A stretch of DNA of 64,000 nt from NCBI GenBank assembly GCA_963664305.2, contig CAXXLV010000002.1, forward strand, positions 1,376,001-1,440,000. Direction: 5' to 3'. Below are positions 30,847-40,351 of the stretch, in pieces. Position 1 is the first letter of the stretch; every line of letters starts with the position of its first letter. Both the position numbers and the translations under genes were made by a program. The stretch comes from an uncultured Aliarcobacter sp. (GTDB lineage Bacteria; Campylobacterota; Campylobacteria; Campylobacterales; Arcobacteraceae). The notes under the pieces are model-generated. The model saw only the letters and a program-made list of their open reading frames with translations. It did no database searches and was not told the DNA's origin.

Positions 30847-32037
30847 ATGTTAGTATTTGTATTAAATGCTGGGTCATCATCTTTAAAATATCAATTAATC
30901 AACGCTGAAACTTCTGAGTTAAAAGCTAGTGGAATTGTTGAGAGAATTGGAATAGATGGTGTATTAAAGCATGTAATTTCAGAAAATAAAAAATTAACTA
31001 TTGAAGAATATATACCATCACATAAAGAAGCTATAGAACTTATATTAGAAACACTTACACATGATGAAACAAAAACTATAAACTCTATTGATGAAATCCA
31101 AGCTATAGGACATAGAGTTGCTCATGGTGGAGAATATTTTAAAGAATCAACTCTTGTTACAGATAAAGTTATAAAAAAAATTGAAGAGTTAATTCCACTA
31201 GCACCTTTACATAATCCAGCTAATATTTTAGGAATGAAAATCTGTATGGAACTTATGCCAAATGTTCCAAATGTTGCTGTATTTGATACGGCATTTCACC
31301 AAACTATGCCAGAAATTCATTTCTTATTCCCAGTACCACATGAAGATTATACAGAGCATCATTTAAGAAAATATGGATTCCATGGTACATCTCATAATTA
31401 TGTTTCAAAAGAAGCAATTAAACTTTTAAACAATAAAAAAGATTCAAAAATCATTGTTTGTCACCTTGGAAATGGTTCATCAATCTGTGCAATAAAAGAT
31501 GGTAAATCAATCAACACAACTATGGGATTAACTCCACTAGGAGGATTGATGATGGGAACAAGAAGTGGAGATATTGACCCAGGAATTATTCCATATTTAA
31601 TGGATAAAAAAGGTATGGATACTCACCAAATTATTGATTATCTAAACAAAAAATCTGGTATTTTAGGAGTTTCAGGAATTAGTTCTGATTTAAGAGAAAT
31701 TATTAGTGCTGCTAATAATGGAGACCAAAGAGCTCAAGTTACAATTGATATGATGTGTAATCGAGTTAAAAAATATATTTGTTCTTATTCAGGATTATTA
31801 GGTGGTGCTGATGCAATTTGTTTTACAGCAGGAATTGGTGAAAACTCTGATTTAATAAGAGAAAAAGTTTGCGAAAATTTAGCTTTCATGGGAATTGAAC
31901 TTGACAGTGAAAAAAATCAAGTAAGAGCACATGGAAACAGAGAAATAAATAAACCAACATCAAAAACTAAAATCTTTGTAATTCCTACAAATGAAGAATT
32001 GGTAATTGCAAAAGACACATATAATCTTGTAAAATAA
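30847..32037 (+). CDS. ackA: Acetate/propionate kinase 1 (HRVAHGG, propionate-kinase-like pocket)
   Basis: LNAGSSSLKYQL, APLHNP, FDTAFHQT, YGFHGTSH, HLGNG, FTAGIGEN, PTNEE. Confidence 0.9.
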   Translation: MLVFVLNAGSSSLKYQLINAETSELKASGIVERIGIDGVLKHVISENKKLTIEEYIPSHKEAIELILETLTHDETKTINSIDEIQAIGHRVAHGGEYFKESTLVTDKVIKKIEELIPLAPLHNPANILGMKICMELMPNVPNVAVFDTAFHQTMPEIHFLFPVPHEDYTEHHLRKYGFHGTSHNYVSKEAIKLLNNKKDSKIIVCHLGNGSSICAIKDGKSINTTMGLTPLGGLMMGTRSGDIDPGIIPYLMDKKGMDTHQIIDYLNKKSGILGVSGISSDLREIISAANNGDQRAQVTIDMMCNRVKKYICSYSGLLGGADAICFTAGIGENSDLIREKVCENLAFMGIELDSEKNQVRAHGNREINKPTSKTKIFVIPTNEELVIAKDTYNLVK

Positions 32038-32052
32038 ATCTATCTTATACTT

Positions 32053-32086
32053 AAAGTATTATGTACATATTTGTACATGATACTTT
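32053..32086 (+). terminator. Hairpin after ackA1
   Basis: AAAGTATTATGTACA-tatt-TGTACATGATACTTT. Confidence 0.65.
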
Positions 32087-32286
32087 TAAATCCTATTTTT
32101 TACTCAAAATAATTTCTAAAACCTTTAGTTTCTCTACACTTTTTTAATTTATTGTTACTTTTTACTTTAAATTATTCAATTCTGATATCTTTATAAAACA
32201 AAATTAATTTTAAAAGCAAATTTAGATTTAAGTTTTATTATAATGCGTACAAATTTTATATTATAAAAATAATAAAGGAAAAATTT

Positions 32287-33474
32287 ATGTTAGTATTTGT
32301 ATTAAATGCTGGTTCATCTTCTTTAAAATATCAATTAATCAATGCAAAAACATCTGAATTAAAAGCAAGTGGACTAGTAGAAAGAATTGGAATCGATGGT
32401 ATTCTAAAACATGAAGTAGGAGAAAATAAAAAATTAACTTTTGAATTACCTATTCCTACTCATAAAGAAGCAATTGAATTAGTTCTTAGAATTTTAACAA
32501 ATGATGAAACTAAAGTTATTAACTCAATTAGCGAAATTGAAGCTATTGGACATAGAGTTGTTCATGGTGGAGAATATTTTAAAAAATCTGTTTTAATAGA
32601 TAATGAAGTAATCGATAAAATTGAAGAACTTATCCCTTTAGCACCATTACATAATCCAGCTCACGTAATTGGAATAAAAATTTGTAGAGAATTAATGCCA
32701 AATGTTCCTAATGTTGCAACTTTTGATACAGCATTCCACCAAACAATGCCAGAAGAAAACTTCTTATATGCAGTTCCATATGGAGATTACACTGAGCATC
32801 ACTTAAGAAAATATGGTTTTCACGGAACTTCACACTATTATGTTTCAAATGAAGCTGTAAAACTTTTAAATAAAAAGAATAGCAGAGTTATTGTTTGTCA
32901 CTTAGGTAATGGTTCTTCTGTGTGTGCAGTTAAAGACGGAAAATCAATAGCAACTTCAATGGGATTAACTCCACTTGAAGGTTTAATCATGGGTACAAGA
33001 TGTGGAGATATTGATGCAGGTGTTATTCCATATTTAATGGAAAGAAAAGGTCTTGATTCTCACCAAATTATCAATTACTTAAATAAAAAATCTGGAATTT
33101 TAGGAGTTTCTGGAATTAGTTCAGATTTAAGAGAAGTAATAAAAGCATCAAATGATGGAGATAAAAGATCTAGAATTGCAATTGAAATGTTATGTGGAAG
33201 AATTAAAAAATATCTTTGTTCATACGCTGGATTAATGCAAGGAGTTGATGCAATTTGTTTCACAGCTGGTATTGGTGAAAACTCTGATTTAATTAGAGAA
33301 AAAGTTTGTGAAGGTTTAGATTTCATGGGAATTGAAATGGATACTGAAAAAAATAAAGTTAGAACTCCTGGAATAAGAGAAATTCATAAAGAATCTTCTA
33401 AAACAAAAATCTTTGTTATTCCTACAAATGAAGAATTAGTTATTGCAAAAGACACATACAATTTAGTTAAATAA
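32287..33474 (+). CDS. ackA: Acetate kinase 2
   Basis: Canonical HRVVHGG and SMGLTPLEGL plus the other acetokinase motifs. Confidence 0.95.
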   Translation: MLVFVLNAGSSSLKYQLINAKTSELKASGLVERIGIDGILKHEVGENKKLTFELPIPTHKEAIELVLRILTNDETKVINSISEIEAIGHRVVHGGEYFKKSVLIDNEVIDKIEELIPLAPLHNPAHVIGIKICRELMPNVPNVATFDTAFHQTMPEENFLYAVPYGDYTEHHLRKYGFHGTSHYYVSNEAVKLLNKKNSRVIVCHLGNGSSVCAVKDGKSIATSMGLTPLEGLIMGTRCGDIDAGVIPYLMERKGLDSHQIINYLNKKSGILGVSGISSDLREVIKASNDGDKRSRIAIEMLCGRIKKYLCSYAGLMQGVDAICFTAGIGENSDLIREKVCEGLDFMGIEMDTEKNKVRTPGIREIHKESSKTKIFVIPTNEELVIAKDTYNLVK

Positions 33475-33514
33475 GAATAAATTGTTACCTTTTAGAATTC
33501 TATTTTAAAATTGA

Positions 33515-33543
33515 GTATTATGTACAATTATTGTACATAATAC
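33515..33543 (+). terminator. Hairpin after ackA2 (homologous to the one after ackA1)
   Basis: GTATTATGTACAA-tta-TTGTACATAATAC. Confidence 0.6.
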
Positions 33544-33688
33544 CATACTTTTTTACATATTTAAAACAAATAAACTCCATATATTATCACTATTTCTCAC
33601 TTAGATGATATTTTTTTATATTTATGTATATTTTATGTACTTTTTTTTAATTATGATATAAAATATACATAAGTGAGATTATAAGAGA

Positions 33689-33722
33689 TTGCTATTTTAA
33701 TGCTATGTTTCTCAATTATAAT
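33689..33722 (+). promoter_or_regulatory. Direct-repeat activator box plus -10 (site 3)
   Basis: TTGCTAT-ttta-ATGCTAT, 10 nt, TATAAT. Confidence 0.75.
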
Positions 33723-33761
33723 TTTTCCACAAAGTTTAATAGTAGAAAGGATAACTTACCT

Positions 33762-34757
33762 ATGGGTTTAATTGAAAGTATCAAAGAGAAAGCGAAACTA
33801 CAATTAAGAACTATTGTTCTGCCTGAGCCAGAAGATGAAAGAGTTTTAAAAGCTGCTCAACAAGTAATTGAAGAAAAAACTGCAAAAGTTGTGTTAATTG
33901 GAAATGTTGAAACTATAAAAGCAGATGCTGCAAAGTGTGGTGCAAATATAGAAGGTGCAACAATTGTTGACCCAAAAAATTTCGACAATATCAATAAATA
34001 TATTGATGAGTTAGTTGAATTAAGAAAAAGTAAAAATCTTTCAAAAGAAGAAGCTACTGAAATTATGTTAAATGAGCCAAGATTTTTTGGTTGTATGATG
34101 GTAAGACTTGGTGATGCAGATGGTTTAGTTGCAGGTTCAAATTCTCCAACTGCTGATGTTTTAAAAGCTGCTATTCAAGTTATTAAAACTGCGCCTGGAA
34201 TTAATACTGTTTCTTCTACATTTATTATGGAAACGGCTGATGGTAAATTTGGAGATAATGGTTTAATATTATTTGCAGATTGTGCTGTTATTCCAGAACC
34301 AAATGCAGAGCAATTAGCTGACATCGCTTGTGCAACTGCTGCAACTGCTGCTTCTGTTGTAGGTTTAGATCCAAGAGTTGCAATGTTATCATTCTCAACA
34401 AAAGGAAGTGCTTCTCATCCATTAGTTGATAAAGTACAATATGCTTGTGATATTCTAACTGAAAGAAATGTTGATTTCTCATTTGATGGTGAGTTACAAG
34501 CTGATGCTGCTATTATTGAATCAATTGGTGCTAAAAAAGCTCCAGGTTCAAAAGTTGCAGGAAAAGCTAATATTTTAGTATTCCCTGATTTACAATCTGG
34601 AAATATCGGATATAAACTTGTTCAAAGATTTGCAGGAGCTGAAGCTCACGGTCCAATCGTTCAAGGATTAAATCAACCAGTAAATGACCTTTCAAGAGGT
34701 TGTTCAGTAGAAGATATTGCAAATTTAGTTGCAATCACAGCTACACAAATTAAATAA
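33762..34757 (+). CDS. pta: Phosphate acetyltransferase (short, catalytic domain only)
   Basis: IVLPEPEDERVL, FADCAV, DGELQADAA, FPDLQSGNIGYK, PVNDLSRGCS; ATG at 33762. Confidence 0.96.
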   Translation: MGLIESIKEKAKLQLRTIVLPEPEDERVLKAAQQVIEEKTAKVVLIGNVETIKADAAKCGANIEGATIVDPKNFDNINKYIDELVELRKSKNLSKEEATEIMLNEPRFFGCMMVRLGDADGLVAGSNSPTADVLKAAIQVIKTAPGINTVSSTFIMETADGKFGDNGLILFADCAVIPEPNAEQLADIACATAATAASVVGLDPRVAMLSFSTKGSASHPLVDKVQYACDILTERNVDFSFDGELQADAAIIESIGAKKAPGSKVAGKANILVFPDLQSGNIGYKLVQRFAGAEAHGPIVQGLNQPVNDLSRGCSVEDIANLVAITATQIK

Positions 34758-34791
34758 TTTTAAATCAATAACAAAACTAAGGAGAGAGAGT

Positions 34792-35991
34792 ATGTTAGTA
34801 TTCATTTTAAATGCAGGAAGTTCATCATTAAAGTATCAATTAATGAACCCAGTTATCAAAAAAGTATTTGCACAAGGTATTTGTGAAAGAATCGGTATTG
34901 ATGGTGTTTTAAAACATGAATTTGGTGAAGGTAAAGAGTTCAAAAAAGAAATTCCAATGCCAACTCATAAAGAAGCTATCGAAGCTGTATTATCAACTTT
35001 AACAGTTGGTGAAGGTAAAGTTATTGATTCAGTAAATGATATTGATGCTATTGGACACAGAGCAGTTCATGGTGGAGAAGAGTTTGCTGGTTCTGTTTTA
35101 GTAACTGATAAAGTGATTGAAACAATGAAAAAACTAATTCCATTAGCACCTTTACACAATCCTGCAAATATTTTAGGAATGGAAATTTGTCAAGATTTAA
35201 TGCCAGGTAAACCAAATGTTGCAGTATTTGATACAGCATTCCACCAAACTATGCCTGATTATGCTTATATGTATGCATTACCATATGACCAATATACAAA
35301 ACATGGTATTAGAAAATATGGATTCCATGGAACATCTCACTTCTTTGTTTCTAGTGAAGCAAGAAATATGTTAGATAAAAACCATAATACTAGAATCATC
35401 GTTTGTCACTTAGGAAATGGTTCTTCTGTAAGTGCTGTATTAAATGGTAAATGTATTGATACTTCAATGGGTCTTACACCAGTTCAAGGTTTAATGATGG
35501 GAACAAGAGCTGGAGATGTTGGAGCTGGTGCATTACAATATATGATGAGTCAAGAAGGTTTATCTATAGATCAAGCATTAGATATCATGAATAAAAAATC
35601 AGGTATCTTAGGAATTTCTGGAAAATCTTCAGATTTAAGAGAAGTTTTACAAGGAATGCAAGATGGTGATGAAAGATGTAGATTAGCAGTTGATATGGTT
35701 GCTTATAACATCAAAAAATATGTTGGAGCATATGTTGCTGCACTTGATGGTGTTGATGCATTATGTTTCACAGGTGGAATTGGAGAAAATGCTGCATTAA
35801 TTAGAGAAAAAGTATGTGCAGGATTAGACTCAATGGGATTAGTAATTGACCCAGTTAAAAATAATAGAAGATCAAGAGAAGCAAGAGATATTGCAACTAA
35901 TGCATCTGCTTCTAGAATTTTTGTTATTCCTACAAATGAAGAGTATGTAATTGCTAACGATACTTATAAAGTTGTTACAGAAACTAAATAA
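34792..35991 (+). CDS. ackA: Acetate kinase 3
   Basis: Acetokinase motifs (HRAVHGG, FTGGIGEN, PTNEE); ATG at 34792 after AAGGAG; operonic with pta. Confidence 0.95.
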   Translation: MLVFILNAGSSSLKYQLMNPVIKKVFAQGICERIGIDGVLKHEFGEGKEFKKEIPMPTHKEAIEAVLSTLTVGEGKVIDSVNDIDAIGHRAVHGGEEFAGSVLVTDKVIETMKKLIPLAPLHNPANILGMEICQDLMPGKPNVAVFDTAFHQTMPDYAYMYALPYDQYTKHGIRKYGFHGTSHFFVSSEARNMLDKNHNTRIIVCHLGNGSSVSAVLNGKCIDTSMGLTPVQGLMMGTRAGDVGAGALQYMMSQEGLSIDQALDIMNKKSGILGISGKSSDLREVLQGMQDGDERCRLAVDMVAYNIKKYVGAYVAALDGVDALCFTGGIGENAALIREKVCAGLDSMGLVIDPVKNNRRSREARDIATNASASRIFVIPTNEEYVIANDTYKVVTETK

Positions 35992-36011
35992 TCTTTAGTT
36001 TGTTAGTTAAT

Positions 36012-36047
36012 AAAAAAGGGGAAGATGTTATATCTTCCCCTTTTTTT
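36012..36047. terminator. Bidirectional intrinsic terminator between ackA3 and sppA
   Basis: AAAAAAGGGGAAGAT-gttat-ATCTTCCCCTTTTTTT between convergent genes. Confidence 0.9.
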
Positions 36048-36061
36048 ATATCTAAAAAATA

Positions 36062-36946
36062 TTAATAAGCTTTTAAAGAATTGGCAAACATCATTGTAAC
36101 TTGAGATACAGTCTCACTTACAAGTTTATCCATAAATTTCTCAAACTTATCCTCTTTTTGCCAAACAGGATTTTCTACTTTTGCTAAATCTTTTAATAAA
36201 TTCTGAGCATAAAAAATTGTAGCAACCTCATCAACAAGACCTACTTCTTTTGCTTGTTTTGAAGTAAATATTTTAGCATCAGCAAAAATAGTATGATTTT
36301 TTACATCAAGATTTCTTGCATTTGATACATCTGTAATAAACATATTATATGTATCATCAATTACACTTTGTAATTGTTTTTCTTCATAATCAAACCATTT
36401 TCTAGTTGGAGTTCCTGACTCTTTAAACTTTCCAGCTTTTACAGTTTGAGTTGAAACACCGATTTTTTCCATAAGTTCACTTGCATTTACACCTTGCATA
36501 ATTACACCAATAGAACCAACTATACTTCCTGGATTTGCAATAATCTTATTTGCCCAAATTGAAGCATAATAACTCCCACTAGCAATTACACCACTAGCAT
36601 AAACAACAACAGGTTTTACCTCTTTTAACTCTTTAATTGCATAAGCTAATTCAACTGAAGGAGCAACAGCACCACCTGGAGAATCTACTACAAATAAAAC
36701 ACCTTTAATATTTTTATTTGTTCTTGCTTTTTCAATATCTTCTAAAGTTTTATTAACATCTAAAATTGGACCTGATAACTCGATTTTCTGTAAATTAGCT
36801 AAACTTCTATTATCTTTCAAATTTTCATTTGAATCAAATACAACAAAATACATAATAGTTAAAAAAACAATTGTTTTAAAATATTTTGTTATAAAATCAA
36901 GTATAGCTATAACTGGTGAAAATAGAGTTCTAAAAAAATTAAACAT
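36062..36946 (-). CDS. sppA: Signal peptide peptidase SppA (36K type)
   Basis: VDSPGGAV, ASGSYY, VGSIGV, GKFKE, AKEVGLVD. Confidence 0.93.
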   Translation of the reverse strand: MFNFFRTLFSPVIAILDFITKYFKTIVFLTIMYFVVFDSNENLKDNRSLANLQKIELSGPILDVNKTLEDIEKARTNKNIKGVLFVVDSPGGAVAPSVELAYAIKELKEVKPVVVYASGVIASGSYYASIWANKIIANPGSIVGSIGVIMQGVNASELMEKIGVSTQTVKAGKFKESGTPTRKWFDYEEKQLQSVIDDTYNMFITDVSNARNLDVKNHTIFADAKIFTSKQAKEVGLVDEVATIFYAQNLLKDLAKVENPVWQKEDKFEKFMDKLVSETVSQVTMMFANSLKAY

Positions 36947-38162
36947 ATTCTCCTCCTATAATTACATTATCAACAAATTTTGTATGTAATATTATTTGCA
37001 TATATAAATCTTCCACTTCTTCAAGATTATCAGGTAAAGAAAAACTTATAATATCACTATCAAAATCTTTTCCAATTACACCTTTATTTAATCCCAAAGC
37101 CCTACTTCCATTTACTGTTGAGGCTTTTATTAGTTTTTTTGAAAACTCTATTACATTTTTATCATAATGAGCCATCAAAGCATTTCGTAATTCATCAAAC
37201 ATTGATAAAGAATTATTTGAACTAAGACCATCAGTTCCTATAGTAAAAGGAATATCACCTAATCTATCTAAATCTAGTTTTGTATTATTTAAAAGTCTAT
37301 TTGAAGTAACACAATGATTTATACTTGCACCTAAATTTCTAATCTTTTCTAAATCATTATTACTTGCTTCAACACAATGTGTAAATGAAAGATTTTTTAT
37401 ATTTGAAAAAAGATTTAAAAACTCCATTGGTTTTGAAACAGCTTTTTCTTGATTTAAAAAGTTTTTAAAAAATTCAAGAAATGAACCTTCATCTTTATGT
37501 AACCATTCAAACTCTTCACGTGACTCTAAAAAGTGTGAACTAACAGCTAAATTTTCACTTCTTGCTAAATTTAAAGTTTCTCTTACTAAAAATGGATGAA
37601 CTGAATATGGAGAATGTATAGCAATTGCTGGAATAAAATTTTTTGAAGCAAATTTTTTTGCATTATTCAATCTACTTTTAAAATCAGCAAAAAGGGTATC
37701 AATCATATCACATTTTGAACCAATAACTTCACAAAAAAAGACTTTATTTATTGGTGATTTTAAACAAGCTTCCAACTCAAAAGAGTAAGATGAAATAGCT
37801 CCAATAGTTGTTGTTCCTGTTCTTTTCATTTTTTCAAGTTTTAAAGAGATTAACTTTTTATCAGCTTTGTTGATTAAATCTTCTCTATGTTTAATAACAG
37901 AAGTTAACCATGAATAAAAATTTCCATATTTTAAAGTTGTTGAGTTACCACTAAATTCTAAGTGAACATGAGAGTTTATAAGTCCTGGCATTAAAACTGA
38001 ATTATTTTCAAGTTTGTTTATTTCTATATTTGGATATTTTTTTTCTATTTTATCTAAAGAATCAATTTCTATAATTTTGTCATCAAAAACAATAGCACCA
38101 TCTTTTATGATACTATCGTTTTCATCACAAGTAACAATCCAATTTGCACTAATTATTTTCAT
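36939..38162 (-). CDS. mqnF: Amidohydrolase, probable aminodeoxyfutalosine deaminase (futalosine menaquinone pathway)
   Basis: PGLINSHVHLE, HSPYS, HFLES, GTDG.SSN; aroQ-deaminase-sppA order matches Campylobacterales. Confidence 0.7.
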   Translation of the reverse strand: MKIISANWIVTCDENDSIIKDGAIVFDDKIIEIDSLDKIEKKYPNIEINKLENNSVLMPGLINSHVHLEFSGNSTTLKYGNFYSWLTSVIKHREDLINKADKKLISLKLEKMKRTGTTTIGAISSYSFELEACLKSPINKVFFCEVIGSKCDMIDTLFADFKSRLNNAKKFASKNFIPAIAIHSPYSVHPFLVRETLNLARSENLAVSSHFLESREEFEWLHKDEGSFLEFFKNFLNQEKAVSKPMEFLNLFSNIKNLSFTHCVEASNNDLEKIRNLGASINHCVTSNRLLNNTKLDLDRLGDIPFTIGTDGLSSNNSLSMFDELRNALMAHYDKNVIEFSKKLIKASTVNGSRALGLNKGVIGKDFDSDIISFSLPDNLEEVEDLYMQIILHTKFVDNVIIGGEYV

Positions 38163-38174
38163 TTATTAAGAATT

Positions 38175-38645
38175 TTATGCGTTTGCTTGTTGAACTTGAG
38201 CAACAGCTTTAATTTCACTAATAATTTGCATTAAAGCAATTAATCCCATATGATAACCAAATGGTCCAAATCCAGAAATAACACCAGTTGAAGCACCAGC
38301 AGTAATTGACTTTTGTCTAAACTCTTCTCTTTTATAAATATTTGAAATATGTACTTCAACTACAGGCATATTTACTGCACTTAAAGCATCTTTAATTGCA
38401 ATAGAAGTGTGAGAATAAGCAGCTGGATTTATCATAATTCCATCAACTGTTCCTAAACATTCTTGAATTCTATCTACGATTTCACCTTCTAAATTTGATT
38501 GAAAAAATTCTACTTCAACTCCATTTTGAGCAGCAGCATTTTTTAATTGTTCATGAATTTGGTCTAAACTCATTGGACCGTAAATGTGTTGTTCTCTAAT
38601 TCCTAACATATTTAAATTTGGTCCTTGAATTACGGCAATTTTCAT
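38175..38645 (-). CDS. aroQ: Type II 3-dehydroquinate dehydratase
   Basis: [40 protein letters not shown]. Confidence 0.97.
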   Translation of the reverse strand: MKIAVIQGPNLNMLGIREQHIYGPMSLDQIHEQLKNAAAQNGVEVEFFQSNLEGEIVDRIQECLGTVDGIMINPAAYSHTSIAIKDALSAVNMPVVEVHISNIYKREEFRQKSITAGASTGVISGFGPFGYHMGLIALMQIISEIKAVAQVQQANA

Positions 38646-38721
38646 ATTATATTCCTTTTATAAATTTTGGGTAAGATTATAATTAAATTTTTGTTAAACC
38701 ATACCCAAACAAAGGCTTTTT

Positions 38722-39747
38722 ATGAAAAACTTTATATTACAAAATGAAAATGCAATATATTTTGAATGTAAATTCTCTTGCGATAATGTTATTTTTTTGA
38801 ATTTAGAAAAAGATAGATTTTTTATAACTGATGCTAGATATACTACAGAAGCAAAAGAGTATGCAAAAAAATGCGAAGTTATTGAATCATCAAATCTAAT
38901 TGAAACTGCAAAAGAAATTTTGAAAAAAAATAAAATCAAAAAAATCACATTTGACCCAAATGATTTTAGTTTTGCCTCTTATACAAAATTGACTGAAAAT
39001 CTAAAAACTGAATTTATTGCAAAAGAAAATTTTTCAAAATTAAAAAGAATTATTAAAAGTGATAAAGAGATAACTTTACTTAAAAAAGCGGCTGTTGCTG
39101 GACGTGAAGGTTTCAAAGAACTTGCAAAATATATAAGAAAAAATGGTTTTAATCAAACTGAACAATTTTTATATTTTAAAGCATTTGAAAAAATGAGCCA
39201 AACAGGTAAACTTGATATAAGTTTTGAGCCAATTGTTGCAATAAATGAAAATGCTGCTAAACCTCATGCACTTCCAACTTCAAAAAAATTAAAACTTCAT
39301 GATTTATTATTGGTTGATGCAGGAATAAAATATAAAAGATATTGTTCAGATAGAACTTGTACAAGTCATGTTGATTTTGAAAATTTTAATTTTAAAAGAG
39401 AACAAAAATTCAAAAATGAAAAACATCAAAAAGTATACGATATTGTTTTAAAAGCTCAATTAAACGCAATTGAAAATGCAAGAACGGGAATGAAAGCAAG
39501 TGAAATTGACAAATTAACTAGAGATGTAATAGAAAAAGCAGGTTTTGGAAAATATTTTATTCACAGCACTGGGCATGGAGTTGGTCTTGATATCCATGAA
39601 TTTCCAGTAATTAATTCAAAATCAGATGTAATAATTGAAGATAACATGGTATTTACAATAGAACCAGGTATTTATCTTCCAGATGAATTTGGTGTTAGAA
39701 TTGAAGATACAGTTGTAATGCAAAATGGAAAAGCTGTAATACTTTAA
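38722..39747 (+). CDS. Xaa-Pro aminopeptidase (M24 family)
   Basis: TDARY, PHA, DAG...YCSDRT, HSTGHGVGLDIHE, TIEPGIY, GVRIED. Confidence 0.93.
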   Translation: MKNFILQNENAIYFECKFSCDNVIFLNLEKDRFFITDARYTTEAKEYAKKCEVIESSNLIETAKEILKKNKIKKITFDPNDFSFASYTKLTENLKTEFIAKENFSKLKRIIKSDKEITLLKKAAVAGREGFKELAKYIRKNGFNQTEQFLYFKAFEKMSQTGKLDISFEPIVAINENAAKPHALPTSKKLKLHDLLLVDAGIKYKRYCSDRTCTSHVDFENFNFKREQKFKNEKHQKVYDIVLKAQLNAIENARTGMKASEIDKLTRDVIEKAGFGKYFIHSTGHGVGLDIHEFPVINSKSDVIIEDNMVFTIEPGIYLPDEFGVRIEDTVVMQNGKAVIL

Positions 39748-39819
39748 AATTAAAAAATAGCAAAAATAAATCTTGATTTATTTTATCAAGTTTATTTTTT
39801 TGCTTTAAAAGAGAGAAAT

Positions 39820-40305
39820 TTGAGAAAAAAATTAAGCCCTACTTTAACACTTTTTTATACTCCTAATTTTCCTAAAAAATTCAATTCATATTCACACAAA
39901 AAATACAAGGTAACTATAGGAATTGGGGGAAATATTGGAAATACAAAATATTTATTTGATAAATTAATCTTATGTTTGAAAAAGGATGCAAGATTTACTT
40001 TACTTATTAGTTCACCACTTCTAAAAAATCCTCCTTTTGGATTTTTGGAACAAAGTGACTTTTTAAATGGTATAATTCGCCTCCAAACAGATCTTTGCCC
40101 TAATGCTTTTTTAAAAGCAATGCAAAGATATGAAAAGAAATTCGGAAGAAAGCGATCCTTTCAAGATGCGCCTAGAACCTTAGATATAGATATTATATTT
40201 TTTGATAATAAGAAAGTAAATACAAAAAATCTTATTATCCCTCACAAAAATTGGGCAAATAGAGAGTCAGTGATTATTCCTTTAAAATATATACAAAACA
40301 ACTAA
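39820..40305 (+). CDS. folK: 2-amino-4-hydroxy-6-hydroxymethyldihydropteridine pyrophosphokinase
   Basis: IGIGGNIG, FLNG, E..FGR.R....PRTLDIDI, L.IPH. Confidence 0.93.
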   Translation: MRKKLSPTLTLFYTPNFPKKFNSYSHKKYKVTIGIGGNIGNTKYLFDKLILCLKKDARFTLLISSPLLKNPPFGFLEQSDFLNGIIRLQTDLCPNAFLKAMQRYEKKFGRKRSFQDAPRTLDIDIIFFDNKKVNTKNLIIPHKNWANRESVIIPLKYIQNN

Positions 40306-40351
40306 ATTGTTGTAAATACAGTTCTAAAAAAGAACTTTTTAAAGGTAAAAA

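Noticed and set aside
34781..34790. GA dinucleotide run in the ackA3 ribosome-binding region and G6 run at ~27199 as phase-variation tracts
   Set aside because: Too short compared with the G8 or longer tracts typical of phase variation in Campylobacterales; no frameshift seen.
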